Assembly (NCBI GenBank): GCA_937863565.1
Contig: CALMGJ010000031.1
Location: 1-64,000, forward strand
Direction of reading: 5' to 3'
Length of the DNA: 64,000 nt
Origin: an uncultured bacterium
GTDB taxonomy: Bacteria; AUK180
The notes under the pieces are model-generated. The model worked only from the letters and a program-made list of their open reading frames with translations, did not search any database and was not told where the DNA came from. This document shows positions 1-9,550 of the stretch, in pieces; within the stretch, counting starts at the first letter, position 1, and every line of letters starts with the position of its first letter. The position numbers and the translations under genes were made by a program.

Positions 1-41
1 CCGCATTCCTTGAGTCTTGCTATCTGTAATCCGTCGTTCAT
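1..41 (-). CDS. Possible 5' end of a further gene running off the left edge (MNDGLQIARLKEC...)
   Basis: ATG at 41, 8 bp after the stop of the upstream gene; frame open to the window edge; too short to identify. Confidence 0.35.
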   Translation of the reverse strand, partial: MNDGLQIARLKEC

Positions 42-49
42 AGCGGGTT

Positions 50-340
50 CTAACCGTCCATAGTGAAGGAAAAATATGTTATCCCGTCACTTTTATATTC
101 CTCGTACAGCGCATGAAGCGTGCTTTTGAATTTAATGAAATGGGTTTCATCCGTAGCGATGAAGACCATATCGTTCTCGCCGGGGTATACTTCGTTGTTG
201 AACCTTTTCCCTCCGGCCTTGCCCGCTCCTATCACGCCTTTTATGATAGTGAATTCTCCTATCTCGCATTTATTGAGCAATTCTTCTATCTTCCCGCCGA
301 GGGAGATATTGTAGATGATAAAAATTCCTTTTCTGACCAT
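50..340 (-). CDS. P-II-like small protein associated with the RND transporter (PG0541-like)
   Basis: 96 aa; 'FTIIKGVIGAGKAGG...VYPGENDMVF' resembles GlnB-like transporter-associated proteins; directly follows the RND permease; AGGAG RBS. Confidence 0.7.
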   Translation of the reverse strand: MVRKGIFIIYNISLGGKIEELLNKCEIGEFTIIKGVIGAGKAGGKRFNNEVYPGENDMVFIATDETHFIKFKSTLHALYEEYKSDGITYFSFTMDG

Positions 341-350
341 GGTACGCTCC

Positions 351-3300
351 TTAATAGATAGCTTTATTTTTCATTTCGGTCTTTTTCAGCAGGATATAGT
401 AAACATTCGGGACAAGTACGATTGTGACCACTGTGGCAAGAATAAGCCCCGAAATAACGGCGATGCCGAGAGATTTCCATACTTCAGCTCCCGGCCCTGA
501 TGCCAATGCAAGAGGCACCATTGCTATAATAGTTGTCATGGTAGTCATGAGTATCGGCTTCAATCTATCCGATACCGCACCCCCAATGGCTTCTTTGATC
601 TCATAACCTCTCTTCCTCAGGGTATTCGTATAGTCCACCATGACGATAGCATTGTTCACGACGATGCCGACGAGCATGATAAGTCCTATCATCGCTTGCA
701 TTGTGAGAGTGGTATTGGTTATGAAGAGCCCGAGGAAAACCCCTGTTGCGGCGAACGGTATCGAGAACATGATGATGAAAGGCCCTACGAACGATTCGAA
801 TTGGGCCGCCATGACCATAAAAACGAGCAGGATAGCCAGAGCGAGTATCTGGAACAATGAAACGAACGAGTCCTTCATGTCCTTCGATGTGCCGCCGAGT
901 TTATACATGACATCCGGATCGGCATCTTTCGCCGTTTCTTTTACGATCCAGTCGGTGATCTTCCCGAGATAACGCGAATTCGTAAGGATCGCACTGACTT
1001 TGATCACTCTTTGCCTGTTCTTCCTTTCTATATCGACAGGGCTTTCGAACTCCTTGATATCAGCTATGTTCTCGAGGCGGACTTTCCTACCCACGGGAGT
1101 TGATATCATAAGAGATCTCAGAGAATTGATATCGTCAAGACCCTCTCTTGCGTAGTTGATGTATATGTCGAAAACGTCTCCGCTCTGCCGGAATTCACCT
1201 ATTTTCGCGCCGTAAACGGCAGTGCGGACGACCATGCCAAGATATGCGGGCGTGATGCCGAATTCCGAAGCCCGTTCGATATCGGGAAGCACCCTTGCCT
1301 CCTTCTTTCCCAGTTCGAAACCGATGGATGTGTTCCTCACTTCCTTGAGTTCTCTAAACCTGGTCTGCCAGTATTCGGCTTTTTCATACATCTTGTCAAG
1401 ATCGTCGCCGTAGATCTCAAGTTCCGCTCCTCCTCCGCCTACGCCCATCATCGAATTAAAACCGGATTCGGTAGAGATCGTATAGTTCCTGAAGCCCATG
1501 ATATTCTCGTCTATCAGTTTTCTCAGGTCCTCGGCTATCGCGGTAGCACTCCTTCTTTTATTCGAAGGTCCGGAGATCTGTATCATGAACTGCAGTTTAT
1601 TCGAACTTACGGTCGACATCATGCCCCTGCCAGATTCCCCGACATTATAGAAGATTACCTTTTCGTCCTTAATATTATCTATAACGAGTTTTTCTATCTG
1701 CTGGGCGATCTTTTCCGTTTCATTGATGCTGACATAAGTGGGAAGGTCCATGTTCACCGTGACCTGGCCTATATCCATATCCGGCATGAATTCCTTCGGA
1801 ATGAAACGTGAAAGAAAAAGCGAGAATAAGAATACTGCTATGAGTATAGCTACAATGAGGCCGCCTTTATTAAGCGATCTTTTAACAAGTGCTCCGATGC
1901 TCTGGCCGGTCCGCTGCCAGAAATCCGCCACCTTCTGCTTCGCAGAATTGACTTTGAGGTCTTTTGGAAGTATCAGCGCACTCAGTGACGGGATAAGCGT
2001 AAGAGCCGTAAAGAGCGAAGCAAGAAGCACTATTGTGACCACGATGGCGAGGGGTTTGAACATCACGCCGACGAAGCCCTTGATGAAAGCGAGCGGGAAG
2101 AATATTGCAACAGTGGTAAGAACGGATGCAGCAACGGCCATGCCGACCTCTCCCGGGGCGAACATCGCGGATTCTTTAAGCGGTTCCTTCAATATATACC
2201 TGTGCCTGAAGATGTTTTCGAACATGACTATCCCCGCGTCGACCACCATACCCACTGCAATGGCCAGGGCGCCGAGCGTGATCATATTCGCCGTGAACCC
2301 GAATAGCCTCATGAAGATAAATGCGATGATGAGAGAGACCGGGATCGAAAGAGATATGATGAGAGATCCCCTGAAGTTCCACAGCATTACAAAAACAACC
2401 AATACGGTAAGCAGCATTGAGAATAAAAGCGTTTTTCCAAGGTTTTTAAGCATGTCCTCGATCATCCCCGCAAGATTTATTAAAATGGAGATATCCACCT
2501 TGTCTGCGGCTTTTTGGATCGAACTGAGCTCTTTCTGAACCCTGTGTGATACTTCAACAGTATTCTCCCCGGAGGCTTTCTGGATAATGAGAAGGCCGCC
2601 CTTGCTTCCGTTGATGCGGACTTTCGTATTGAGATCGCGGGTCTGCCCGAAATCTACATTGGCTATGTCCCTGAGTCTGATCGTTTTGCCGCCCGTTCTC
2701 TGGATCGGGATATTGGAGAGCTCCTTGATCGAGGGGAATTCCCCTTCCGTTCTCAAGGTAACAAAACGCCGGCCTATATCCAGTCCCGCAGCAGGTATCG
2801 AGGCATTGTAGCCGGACAGGATGGTCTGTACCGTTGAAAGCTGGATATTGTATTTCTCCATTTTATCGGATGATAGTTCTATGGCCACGATCTCCGTTCC
2901 GAAGCCTCTCAGATTGACCGTCCCTACGCCCTGAACCCTCATCAGTTTGTCTACAACGTTCTTCTGGATATACTTTTCCGGGAAATCCATATCCGATTTC
3001 AATGCCACGCCGCAGAAAAGGATAGGTGCCATCGAGAAATTGAATTTGAGAAGCGTCGGTTTCTCAGCTTCCGCGGGAAGGAAGAAATTGGAAAAATCGA
3101 GTTTAGCGCGCACATCGTTTGCAGAGGCTTCCAGATCCGATCCCCACCCGAATGTGAGCGTGATCATGGAAACGCCTTCCGTGGAGATGGAAGAGATCTC
3201 CTTAAGTCCGTTTATCGTGGAGAGGTTCTTCTCCAGAGGCTCGCTTACTTTCTTTTCCACGTCCTGTGGGTTCGCACCCGGATAGATCGTGATCACCGTG

Positions 3301-3434
3301 ATCATCGGCGTCTCCAGATCCGGCATGATGTCCAGCGGAATGCCGATCAGGGCGATGACCCCGAGAATGAGGAAAAGGAGGAACAGCATCAGTATAGCGA
3401 TAGGTTTCTTTACGCTGAATTCTGATAATTTCAT
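351..3434 (-). CDS. RND efflux permease, AcrB/AcrD/AcrF family
   Basis: 1027 aa, two repeats of TM blocks plus large periplasmic loops; GMVVDAGIV, GIVVNNAIV and RLKPILMT motifs. Confidence 0.95.
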   Translation of the reverse strand: MKLSEFSVKKPIAILMLFLLFLILGVIALIGIPLDIMPDLETPMITVITIYPGANPQDVEKKVSEPLEKNLSTINGLKEISSISTEGVSMITLTFGWGSDLEASANDVRAKLDFSNFFLPAEAEKPTLLKFNFSMAPILFCGVALKSDMDFPEKYIQKNVVDKLMRVQGVGTVNLRGFGTEIVAIELSSDKMEKYNIQLSTVQTILSGYNASIPAAGLDIGRRFVTLRTEGEFPSIKELSNIPIQRTGGKTIRLRDIANVDFGQTRDLNTKVRINGSKGGLLIIQKASGENTVEVSHRVQKELSSIQKAADKVDISILINLAGMIEDMLKNLGKTLLFSMLLTVLVVFVMLWNFRGSLIISLSIPVSLIIAFIFMRLFGFTANMITLGALAIAVGMVVDAGIVMFENIFRHRYILKEPLKESAMFAPGEVGMAVAASVLTTVAIFFPLAFIKGFVGVMFKPLAIVVTIVLLASLFTALTLIPSLSALILPKDLKVNSAKQKVADFWQRTGQSIGALVKRSLNKGGLIVAILIAVFLFSLFLSRFIPKEFMPDMDIGQVTVNMDLPTYVSINETEKIAQQIEKLVIDNIKDEKVIFYNVGESGRGMMSTVSSNKLQFMIQISGPSNKRRSATAIAEDLRKLIDENIMGFRNYTISTESGFNSMMGVGGGGAELEIYGDDLDKMYEKAEYWQTRFRELKEVRNTSIGFELGKKEARVLPDIERASEFGITPAYLGMVVRTAVYGAKIGEFRQSGDVFDIYINYAREGLDDINSLRSLMISTPVGRKVRLENIADIKEFESPVDIERKNRQRVIKVSAILTNSRYLGKITDWIVKETAKDADPDVMYKLGGTSKDMKDSFVSLFQILALAILLVFMVMAAQFESFVGPFIIMFSIPFAATGVFLGLFITNTTLTMQAMIGLIMLVGIVVNNAIVMVDYTNTLRKRGYEIKEAIGGAVSDRLKPILMTTMTTIIAMVPLALASGPGAEVWKSLGIAVISGLILATVVTIVLVPNVYYILLKKTEMKNKAIY

Positions 3435-3435
3435 A

Positions 3436-4263
3436 TTATTTTCCTTCCGACATGATCCTCACGGTTTCACCGTCATTAACAAGGTGAGCACCGACTCTGA
3501 TGATAGTTTCGCCTTCGTTCAGGCCTTTTTTGATCAAAGCGTAATAATCGTTCTGCAGTCCGGTCTCAACATAGGCCTTCACGGCTTTATCGTCCTTGAT
3601 CTTATAGACCACATATCTGTTCCCTTCTTTCACGAGAACATCCAGAGGAATGACAATGCCGGTTTCTTCTCTTTCCACCATCTCGATCTTGACCCTCTCA
3701 TAGGAAGCGAATCTGATGCCGGAAGCTGTGAGTTTAACTGTGAGCATCCCGCTCATCATATCCCCGATCGGGATGATCTTATCGTACTTGAGAGCATATT
3801 TATCACCATTGGCCACAGCTGTAAGCCGCGGAGCGTGTTTGAATTTTTCCTGTTCTTCAGGGAAGATATTAATCTGTATCGTCTGATTATTATCGTTAAT
3901 GACCATATAAACGGGAACACCGGGACCGATGTACTGCCCTATTGAAGCGAGTTTTTTAACGATGATACCGCTTATCGGGGACTTCTCTTCTATTAGATTG
4001 TATTCCATTCCCGTCATTTCCCTGTCCACGGTATAAAGGATATCTCCTTTCTTGACCCTTCCGCCTTCCTCAAAATTCATCGTATGGATCCTTCCGGGAT
4101 ATTTAGAGACCACATTGACGGTCTCTTCCGGCGTAACGATGCCCCAGTATGTTTTCATTAGAGTTATCTTATCCTTGGAAACGGTGTATGAACTCACCAT
4201 TTTATCAGCGGAAAGACTTCCGGCAATAAAAAGCAGAACTGCAATAACGGTTATCCTTTTCAT
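3436..4263 (-). CDS. RND periplasmic adaptor (MFP), apparently lacking the alpha-hairpin
   Basis: Signal peptide; lipoyl halves VVSKYPGRI..VKKGDIL and KSPISGII; C-terminal IP..V..GL..GE. Confidence 0.9.
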   Translation of the reverse strand: MKRITVIAVLLFIAGSLSADKMVSSYTVSKDKITLMKTYWGIVTPEETVNVVSKYPGRIHTMNFEEGGRVKKGDILYTVDREMTGMEYNLIEEKSPISGIIVKKLASIGQYIGPGVPVYMVINDNNQTIQINIFPEEQEKFKHAPRLTAVANGDKYALKYDKIIPIGDMMSGMLTVKLTASGIRFASYERVKIEMVEREETGIVIPLDVLVKEGNRYVVYKIKDDKAVKAYVETGLQNDYYALIKKGLNEGETIIRVGAHLVNDGETVRIMSEGK

Positions 4264-4271
4264 ATATCCTC

Positions 4272-5507
4272 CTAATTTGTAAGATATTCTATCGTGGCAT
4301 CGGCGATCTCTTTTTTGAGAAGCGTTCCGATGAAAGCGAGGCGCGTGTCGTTGAGGAGAAGCTGGGCTTTCTCAAGGTCGGTATACGACATCTCCCCTTT
4401 TTCGTACATCTCTTTGGTCATGCTGTAATTATCTTCGGCCATCGCGTAATTTTCCTTGAGCAGAGCGAGCGTCGCTTTGATATTATCCGCATCGAGAAGA
4501 GCGGAATTGAGCTGGGTTTTCAGCGCATCCTTCGTTTTCTCGAGATTGAGCTTTGCTTTTTTTACTTCGAGCGAGGATTTTTTGAAATCGAAAAGCGCGG
4601 AATACCCGGAGAAGACCGGAATGCTGACAATGAGGTATTGGGCATTGCTTCTCGTCCAGTCGGAGGCCTCCCAGCTGAAATCCATCGCAGTGTGCGACCA
4701 AACGGTGCTGTATGCTACAATGGGCATCATCGGTGCGAGCGAGATCCATTTCAGGTCTTTCAGAAGCTTGAGCTGTGTTTTCATCATCTGAATATTACTG
4801 CTGTCCTCCACGGCAGAAAGAAGCGCTCCCCTATCGTGATCGCGCACCGCCTCGCTGAGTTGGCCTACGGGATCGATGCTCTCTTCCATCTTAAGAAAGC
4901 TTTTAAATTTCTCCTTGGCGTCAGTATAGGAATTCTCGGATTCTCGGAGAGCGTATTTCTTGGCCTCTAAATTAACCTTCTGTGCCGTAAGTACGGGTTT
5001 GGGGATCTCGCCTTTTTTATACTGGGCTTCCATGATCCTGTGTTCATCCTCGGCAACTTTGACCGCCTGCTTCTCGATCTCGATGCGTTCCTTCAGGAAA
5101 AGAAGTGTGAAGAAAGACACCTTCGTCTGGAATTCGATATTGAGAAGGTCGGCGTTTTTCTTCTGCCTGTACAGTTTCCCCGTTTTGAGCGATGCCGTGG
5201 TCCCGAAAAACCTCGCCATACCGGTGAAAATGGGAACGCTCAGCGTGAGATCGAGGTTATTGAGCTCCGGCGGCATCGTCATCGAGGGAGGATCCGTGTT
5301 TATCTTCGTATAATCAATATCGAACGTGGGAAGGAAAGATGAAAGGCTTTTAAAGATATCATACCGTGAAATGGCGATATCGATATCGGCCATTCTGATG
5401 TCGAGATTGTTCTCGACCGCAGTTGCTATTGCCTTCTCAAGGGTCATTTCGACTGAAAAGGCCGCGGCCGTGATTAACACAAGCAGCAGCATGATCGTTC
5501 TTTTCAT
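4272..5507 (-). CDS. TolC-family outer membrane efflux protein
   Basis: Signal peptide; MTLEKAIATAVENNLDI start; two OEP repeats (SVPIFTG, SIPVFSG); operon context. Confidence 0.9.
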   Translation of the reverse strand: MKRTIMLLLVLITAAAFSVEMTLEKAIATAVENNLDIRMADIDIAISRYDIFKSLSSFLPTFDIDYTKINTDPPSMTMPPELNNLDLTLSVPIFTGMARFFGTTASLKTGKLYRQKKNADLLNIEFQTKVSFFTLLFLKERIEIEKQAVKVAEDEHRIMEAQYKKGEIPKPVLTAQKVNLEAKKYALRESENSYTDAKEKFKSFLKMEESIDPVGQLSEAVRDHDRGALLSAVEDSSNIQMMKTQLKLLKDLKWISLAPMMPIVAYSTVWSHTAMDFSWEASDWTRSNAQYLIVSIPVFSGYSALFDFKKSSLEVKKAKLNLEKTKDALKTQLNSALLDADNIKATLALLKENYAMAEDNYSMTKEMYEKGEMSYTDLEKAQLLLNDTRLAFIGTLLKKEIADATIEYLTN

Positions 5508-5510
5508 ATA

Positions 5511-6050
5511 TCAATCTCCTAATATTCTGACAAGCGTCTTCTCAACGCTGGCGAAGTAAGCCTCCAGATCGGTGATGAAGCCGGACTGGCTTGCGGGAAA
5601 GATCGTCATTACTATCGATGTGATGACGGGTGTCCTGTTGTGGGCTTCCTCCGGGGATATTCCTATTCCGAGCAACCCCTGCTCGACCGTGTCAAGCACT
5701 TTTCTGATCAGCGGATCGCCTTTTTTTCTCGAGCGTATATGACCGGTAAGGAAAATATGGATATCGTCTATCTTATTCAGAAGGTAACGCATCGAGATCA
5801 CGGTTGCCGCTATAAAACGCTTTCGCGGGTCGGGTATCGAAGCCGTGGCCGCCGTCACATCCTTCTGGAATTTCATGAAGAAGTGATCGCAGGCGTTCTC
5901 GAAGAGTTTCTTCTTGTCCTTGAAATGATAGTACAGGGTTCCTTTGGCCACACGGGCATGCCGGGCTATCTCGTCCATGGAAACATTATTATAACCGACC
6001 TTTGAAAAAAGCGTCAAAGCCGATTCAAGAACCGCATCTTTTTTATTCAT
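5511..6050 (-). CDS. TetR/AcrR-family transcriptional regulator
   Basis: N-terminal HTH: ALTLFSKVGYNNVSMDEIARHARVAKGTLYYHFKDK. Confidence 0.95.
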   Translation of the reverse strand: MNKKDAVLESALTLFSKVGYNNVSMDEIARHARVAKGTLYYHFKDKKKLFENACDHFFMKFQKDVTAATASIPDPRKRFIAATVISMRYLLNKIDDIHIFLTGHIRSRKKGDPLIRKVLDTVEQGLLGIGISPEEAHNRTPVITSIVMTIFPASQSGFITDLEAYFASVEKTLVRILGD

Positions 6051-6056
6051 ATGCTT

Positions 6057-6085
6057 ATTATACTGACTGGTCAGTCTAAAGTCAA
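6057..6085 (-). promoter_or_regulatory. Sigma70 promoter of the tetR-efflux operon (TTGACT-17 bp-TATAAT)
   Basis: -35 at 6085-6080, -10 at 6062-6057, 17-bp spacer. Confidence 0.8.
6062..6075. promoter_or_regulatory. Putative TetR operator (ACTGAC-TG-GTCAGT palindrome)
   Basis: Perfect 6-bp inverted repeat with a 2-bp spacer inside the promoter spacer of a TetR gene. Confidence 0.7.
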
Positions 6086-6185
6086 GCGATTTTTGAATAT
6101 TCTATGATTATATCGAACATACCGTTATATAAAATGATATCGCTCAATGCGGGCAGCATTACATTCGATATTCTCTTTAGGATAT

Positions 6186-6848
6186 TTATTTCAACTCTTC
6201 CTTAAGTCTCTTCGTTCCGAAGCGGAAGAGCGATCTTCCCATCACGATATAATCCGCCTTCCCAAGCGCTTCCTTCGGTGTGGCCACCCTTTTCTGGTCG
6301 CCTTTTTCCTCTTCTGCGTACTTGATGCCGGGTGTGACCTTGAGAAGACCGCCCGTATCGATCCCCTGTTCAAGATCCCGGTATGAGATGATCACGCCGT
6401 CTATCCCCGCTTCTTTTGCGACATCAACGCGTTTCTGAATGATCTCCGCTATATCGCCTTCGCCTCCGAGTTTCAGCATATCGTTCTTATCCAGACTTGT
6501 TAAAACGGTTACTCCGAGGATCTTTATCCCGCTTTCGGAAGCCGCCTTTTGCGCCGCTTTCAGGGCCGCGGAACCCCCTGAGATATGGACCGTGATATAA
6601 TCGAATTTAAATCTGCGGGAAAGCGAGGCAATGCCCTTCTCCACAGTATTGGGAATGTCATCGAGTTTGAGGTCCAGAAAAACGCTTTTGCCCTCCTCTC
6701 TGAGAAAGTCCATCACTTTCTCCCCGTCCGAATAAAAGAGCTGATACCCCACTTTACACAGAACAATGTCGTCGCTAATAAGCTTATAATGCTCCCTGAA
6801 TTCCTCGAATCCCGTAAAATCCATTGCTGCGAAAATCCGTTTTATCAT
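6186..6848 (-). CDS. pyrF: Orotidine-5'-phosphate decarboxylase
   Basis: DLKLDDIPNT, GVTVLTS, VTPGI, GDQKRV, VMGR motifs. Confidence 0.95.
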   Translation of the reverse strand: MIKRIFAAMDFTGFEEFREHYKLISDDIVLCKVGYQLFYSDGEKVMDFLREEGKSVFLDLKLDDIPNTVEKGIASLSRRFKFDYITVHISGGSAALKAAQKAASESGIKILGVTVLTSLDKNDMLKLGGEGDIAEIIQKRVDVAKEAGIDGVIISYRDLEQGIDTGGLLKVTPGIKYAEEEKGDQKRVATPKEALGKADYIVMGRSLFRFGTKRLKEELK

Positions 6849-7726
6849 TTTACGATACCTCTTATTTCCCTGAGATCACGGATCCCGTTCTCCTTCATGT
6901 ATGCCTTTATACCGTCCTCTATCTTAAAAGGCGCCCCGGGATCGCCGAAGATCCTGGACCCGATCTGGACAAGATGAGCGCCAGCCATGATGTATTTGAT
7001 CACCTCAATGTGCGAGGAAACGCCTCCGCAGGCGATAACGGGAATCCCGCTCCATCTTTTTATATCAATAACAGATTTTAATGCCATATTGAAAAGAAGG
7101 TCGCCGGAAAGTCCTGCGAATTTCTTCTCGAACACAAAAGCCTTCTTTCCGATATCAATATCGCAGGCGGGTACAGTGTTGATAACGGTCACGCCGTTAA
7201 ATCCGGTCTTCGCCAGAAGGTCGATATTGCCCTTTTTTACCTGCGCATATGAAAGTTTCGCGAAAACGGTTTCCTCTCTGAACACACTCTTTATCTCTTC
7301 AAGAAGCCCCTTTATGCCCCGCAGATCCTCGATGACATCCTTGCCTTTAATATTCGGGCATGACAGATTGAGCTCCAACGCTTTTATCCCGTATTTTTCC
7401 GCAGTTTTTCTGAAAGCGCCTATCTCCTTCTCGTCGAAGATGGCTGCGGAAAGGATGATATGCGCATTCGCTACCCTTGAGAACTTCCCAATTTTGAATT
7501 GTTTTATTCCGCAATTGGCAAGGCCTATGGAATTTAAAAGACCGCCTTTCACTTCTTTTATAAGGATGCCGTCATTTCCGTCCCTTGGGAGGAAGGTATG
7601 CGTTTTAAGGACGATACCTCCGAAAGGCATCCTGTTCCGGTAGAAATCGAGTTGTTCCTCCGAGAAGGTTCCCGACGCCGTAAGAAGCGGCGTTCTGAAA
7701 TTCAAGCCGTTGATCCTGGTTCTCAT
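6845..7726 (-). CDS. pyrD: Dihydroorotate dehydrogenase family 1B, catalytic subunit
   Basis: TASGT, NSIGLAN, LNLSCPN, GLSG, ACGGV; start moved to ATG 7726 (ATGA overlap with pyrK). Confidence 0.92.
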   Translation of the reverse strand: MRTRINGLNFRTPLLTASGTFSEEQLDFYRNRMPFGGIVLKTHTFLPRDGNDGILIKEVKGGLLNSIGLANCGIKQFKIGKFSRVANAHIILSAAIFDEKEIGAFRKTAEKYGIKALELNLSCPNIKGKDVIEDLRGIKGLLEEIKSVFREETVFAKLSYAQVKKGNIDLLAKTGFNGVTVINTVPACDIDIGKKAFVFEKKFAGLSGDLLFNMALKSVIDIKRWSGIPVIACGGVSSHIEVIKYIMAGAHLVQIGSRIFGDPGAPFKIEDGIKAYMKENGIRDLREIRGIVK

Positions 7727-8487
7727 CCGTTCACTATAAGTTCCGAAACGGGAAATACGGGACCGTCCCTGCAGACATACTTGATCCCGCTTTTCGTTTT
7801 GATCTTGCAGCCCTTGCAAGCCCCTACGCCGCATGCCATATAGTTCTCGAGACTCGCGGAACTTCTCCCCGATAGTTTCGGATATCTCTTCATGAAGGCC
7901 TCGAGCATCTTCCCCGGCCCGCACAGAAAAATGGAATCGTATTCCCTTCCGGTCTTAAAAAGATCGAGAACGCTCCCTTTGTGCCCTTCGTCTCCAAGGT
8001 CCGTGGCAATGAATGTATTGACTCCGCTCCAGCGCCAATATTCCACAAGGAACCTTCTTTCCCTCTCGCCATAGTACACGTCTATGGAGGTGGCGCGGCC
8101 TTTCAAGGACTTAAGGACATATGCAAAAGGCGCGATACCTATCCCGCCGGCAAGAATGGCGACTTTCCCTTCGATCCCTTTGAGGGGGAATCCGTTGCCG
8201 AGAGGGCCGATGAAATCGCAGGCCTCTCCATACCTGAGCGAAGTCAATTCTCTCGTCGCGTTGTCGCGGAGCCGGACAAGTATCTTGAAATATCCGGTAT
8301 CCTCATAGTAAAAGTGCACGGAGAAAGGTCTTTTAAGGAAGAATCTGCTTTCCGGGACCGAGGCCATAAGGAATTGTCCGGGAACAGGTGCGATCTCCGT
8401 ATCGGGAGCGAATTTCATTAACAATGTCTCTTCAGCTACGACCTTCTTTTCGATCAGTCTGGCCGAGAATGCTTTTTTTACCGTCAT
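7723..8487 (-). CDS. pyrK: Dihydroorotate dehydrogenase electron transfer subunit
   Basis: PGQF, RPFS, GPLGNGF, AGGIGIAP, CGP, MACGVGACKGC...CRDGPVF (2Fe-2S); start moved to ATG 8487. Confidence 0.93.
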   Translation of the reverse strand: MTVKKAFSARLIEKKVVAEETLLMKFAPDTEIAPVPGQFLMASVPESRFFLKRPFSVHFYYEDTGYFKILVRLRDNATRELTSLRYGEACDFIGPLGNGFPLKGIEGKVAILAGGIGIAPFAYVLKSLKGRATSIDVYYGERERRFLVEYWRWSGVNTFIATDLGDEGHKGSVLDLFKTGREYDSIFLCGPGKMLEAFMKRYPKLSGRSSASLENYMACGVGACKGCKIKTKSGIKYVCRDGPVFPVSELIVNG

Positions 8488-8488
8488 T

Positions 8489-9550
8489 TCAATCCCCGAA
8501 GGCCGTCTTCCAGGCGTTCTCAAGCACCCGCATCACGAACTCGGGTCCGTAGAGCATACCTGTGAAGTAAAGAGGATAGACAGGATCTCCGAATTCCCAC
8601 ATGGCCGGATCATCCGGATTGATCGTGACGAGTATCCCGTTTTTGATAAGTATGTCGAGGTGCAGGTCAGATATCTTCTCGATGAAGAAATTGTAATTGG
8701 AAACGGGATTGCTCTCAAGGCGCACATTGTTCTTCCTCATCAGTTCAAAAAGATCGTGCGTTTTGTAATATCCGCGCCAGAGCGGAATAGCGTGCCCGAT
8801 GCCGTCAGCCCTCATCAGCGTAAGGCAAGTATGGATGTTCTTGAGGTTTTCTTCCTCCGAGCACATTTCGCCGGCGTGGTACGTTCTCTTAAGCGGGCTG
8901 TCGAAAGTCTTTTTGAACGCCTCATAATGCTTCTCGGGAGGATTCCCCCTTTCCTCGCAGGCCAGATCCACGCCAACGACATCGCCCGGGAAATGCAGGG
9001 CCGCATCAATGATCTTCGAAGTGACGGAAACATCAGAGCTCCTGTCCACTGAGATGATGAGCTTCACCCCTACTCCGTTCTTTTCAAAGCCCTTTTTGAA
9101 TCCTTCGATCGCGTATCCGATGACCCTGTCCGGATCAAGCCCCTCTTCCAGATGGAATTGGGGGGCGAACCTCGTTTCGCACTTATATATGTTCCGGCTT
9201 CTAAGGTAGTCGGTTAGAAAAACCGCCATATCGATGAGATCCTCCTTCGTTTGCATGAACATGAGGGCGGGCCTGAAAACATCGAACATCCTGTATTGCC
9301 TTAAATTCTTCTGGAACCTGCTCAGGCTCTCTGCGTCCGTAATGGCCCTTTCCTCTTCAGAATCGTATTTGATAGGCCAGCCCTCGATATCCTCAAGCGG
9401 CAGGAGTATCTTCCTATCCCTCCGCCGGGAGAGTTCCATAATATAATCCGCGGGTATCGAACCGTCCCAGTGGAGATGATTCGGGTAGAGCTTTATACTT
9501 TTAAGCTGTTCAAGGTAGGAAGGGTCATCGATCTTAAGCGGTTCCTTCAT
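8489..9550 (-). CDS. Adenosine/adenine deaminase family protein
   Basis: HLHWDGS, ETRFAPQ, VGVDLA, HAGE, IGHA, PVSN, NPDDP motifs; start at ATG 9550 overlapping the pyrC stop. Confidence 0.88.
   Translation of the reverse strand: MKEPLKIDDPSYLEQLKSIKLYPNHLHWDGSIPADYIMELSRRRDRKILLPLEDIEGWPIKYDSEEERAITDAESLSRFQKNLRQYRMFDVFRPALMFMQTKEDLIDMAVFLTDYLRSRNIYKCETRFAPQFHLEEGLDPDRVIGYAIEGFKKGFEKNGVGVKLIISVDRSSDVSVTSKIIDAALHFPGDVVGVDLACEERGNPPEKHYEAFKKTFDSPLKRTYHAGEMCSEEENLKNIHTCLTLMRADGIGHAIPLWRGYYKTHDLFELMRKNNVRLESNPVSNYNFFIEKISDLHLDILIKNGILVTINPDDPAMWEFGDPVYPLYFTGMLYGPEFVMRVLENAWKTAFGD

Noticed and set aside
7727-7924. N-terminal extensions in the ORF track for pyrD (also pyrK, the deaminase, pyrC, pyrB, purC, purM, purQ, ispA, LCP and yqeK)
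   Set aside because: Most overlap upstream genes, and none resembles the family N-terminus; downstream ATGs coupled to stops or RBSs fit better
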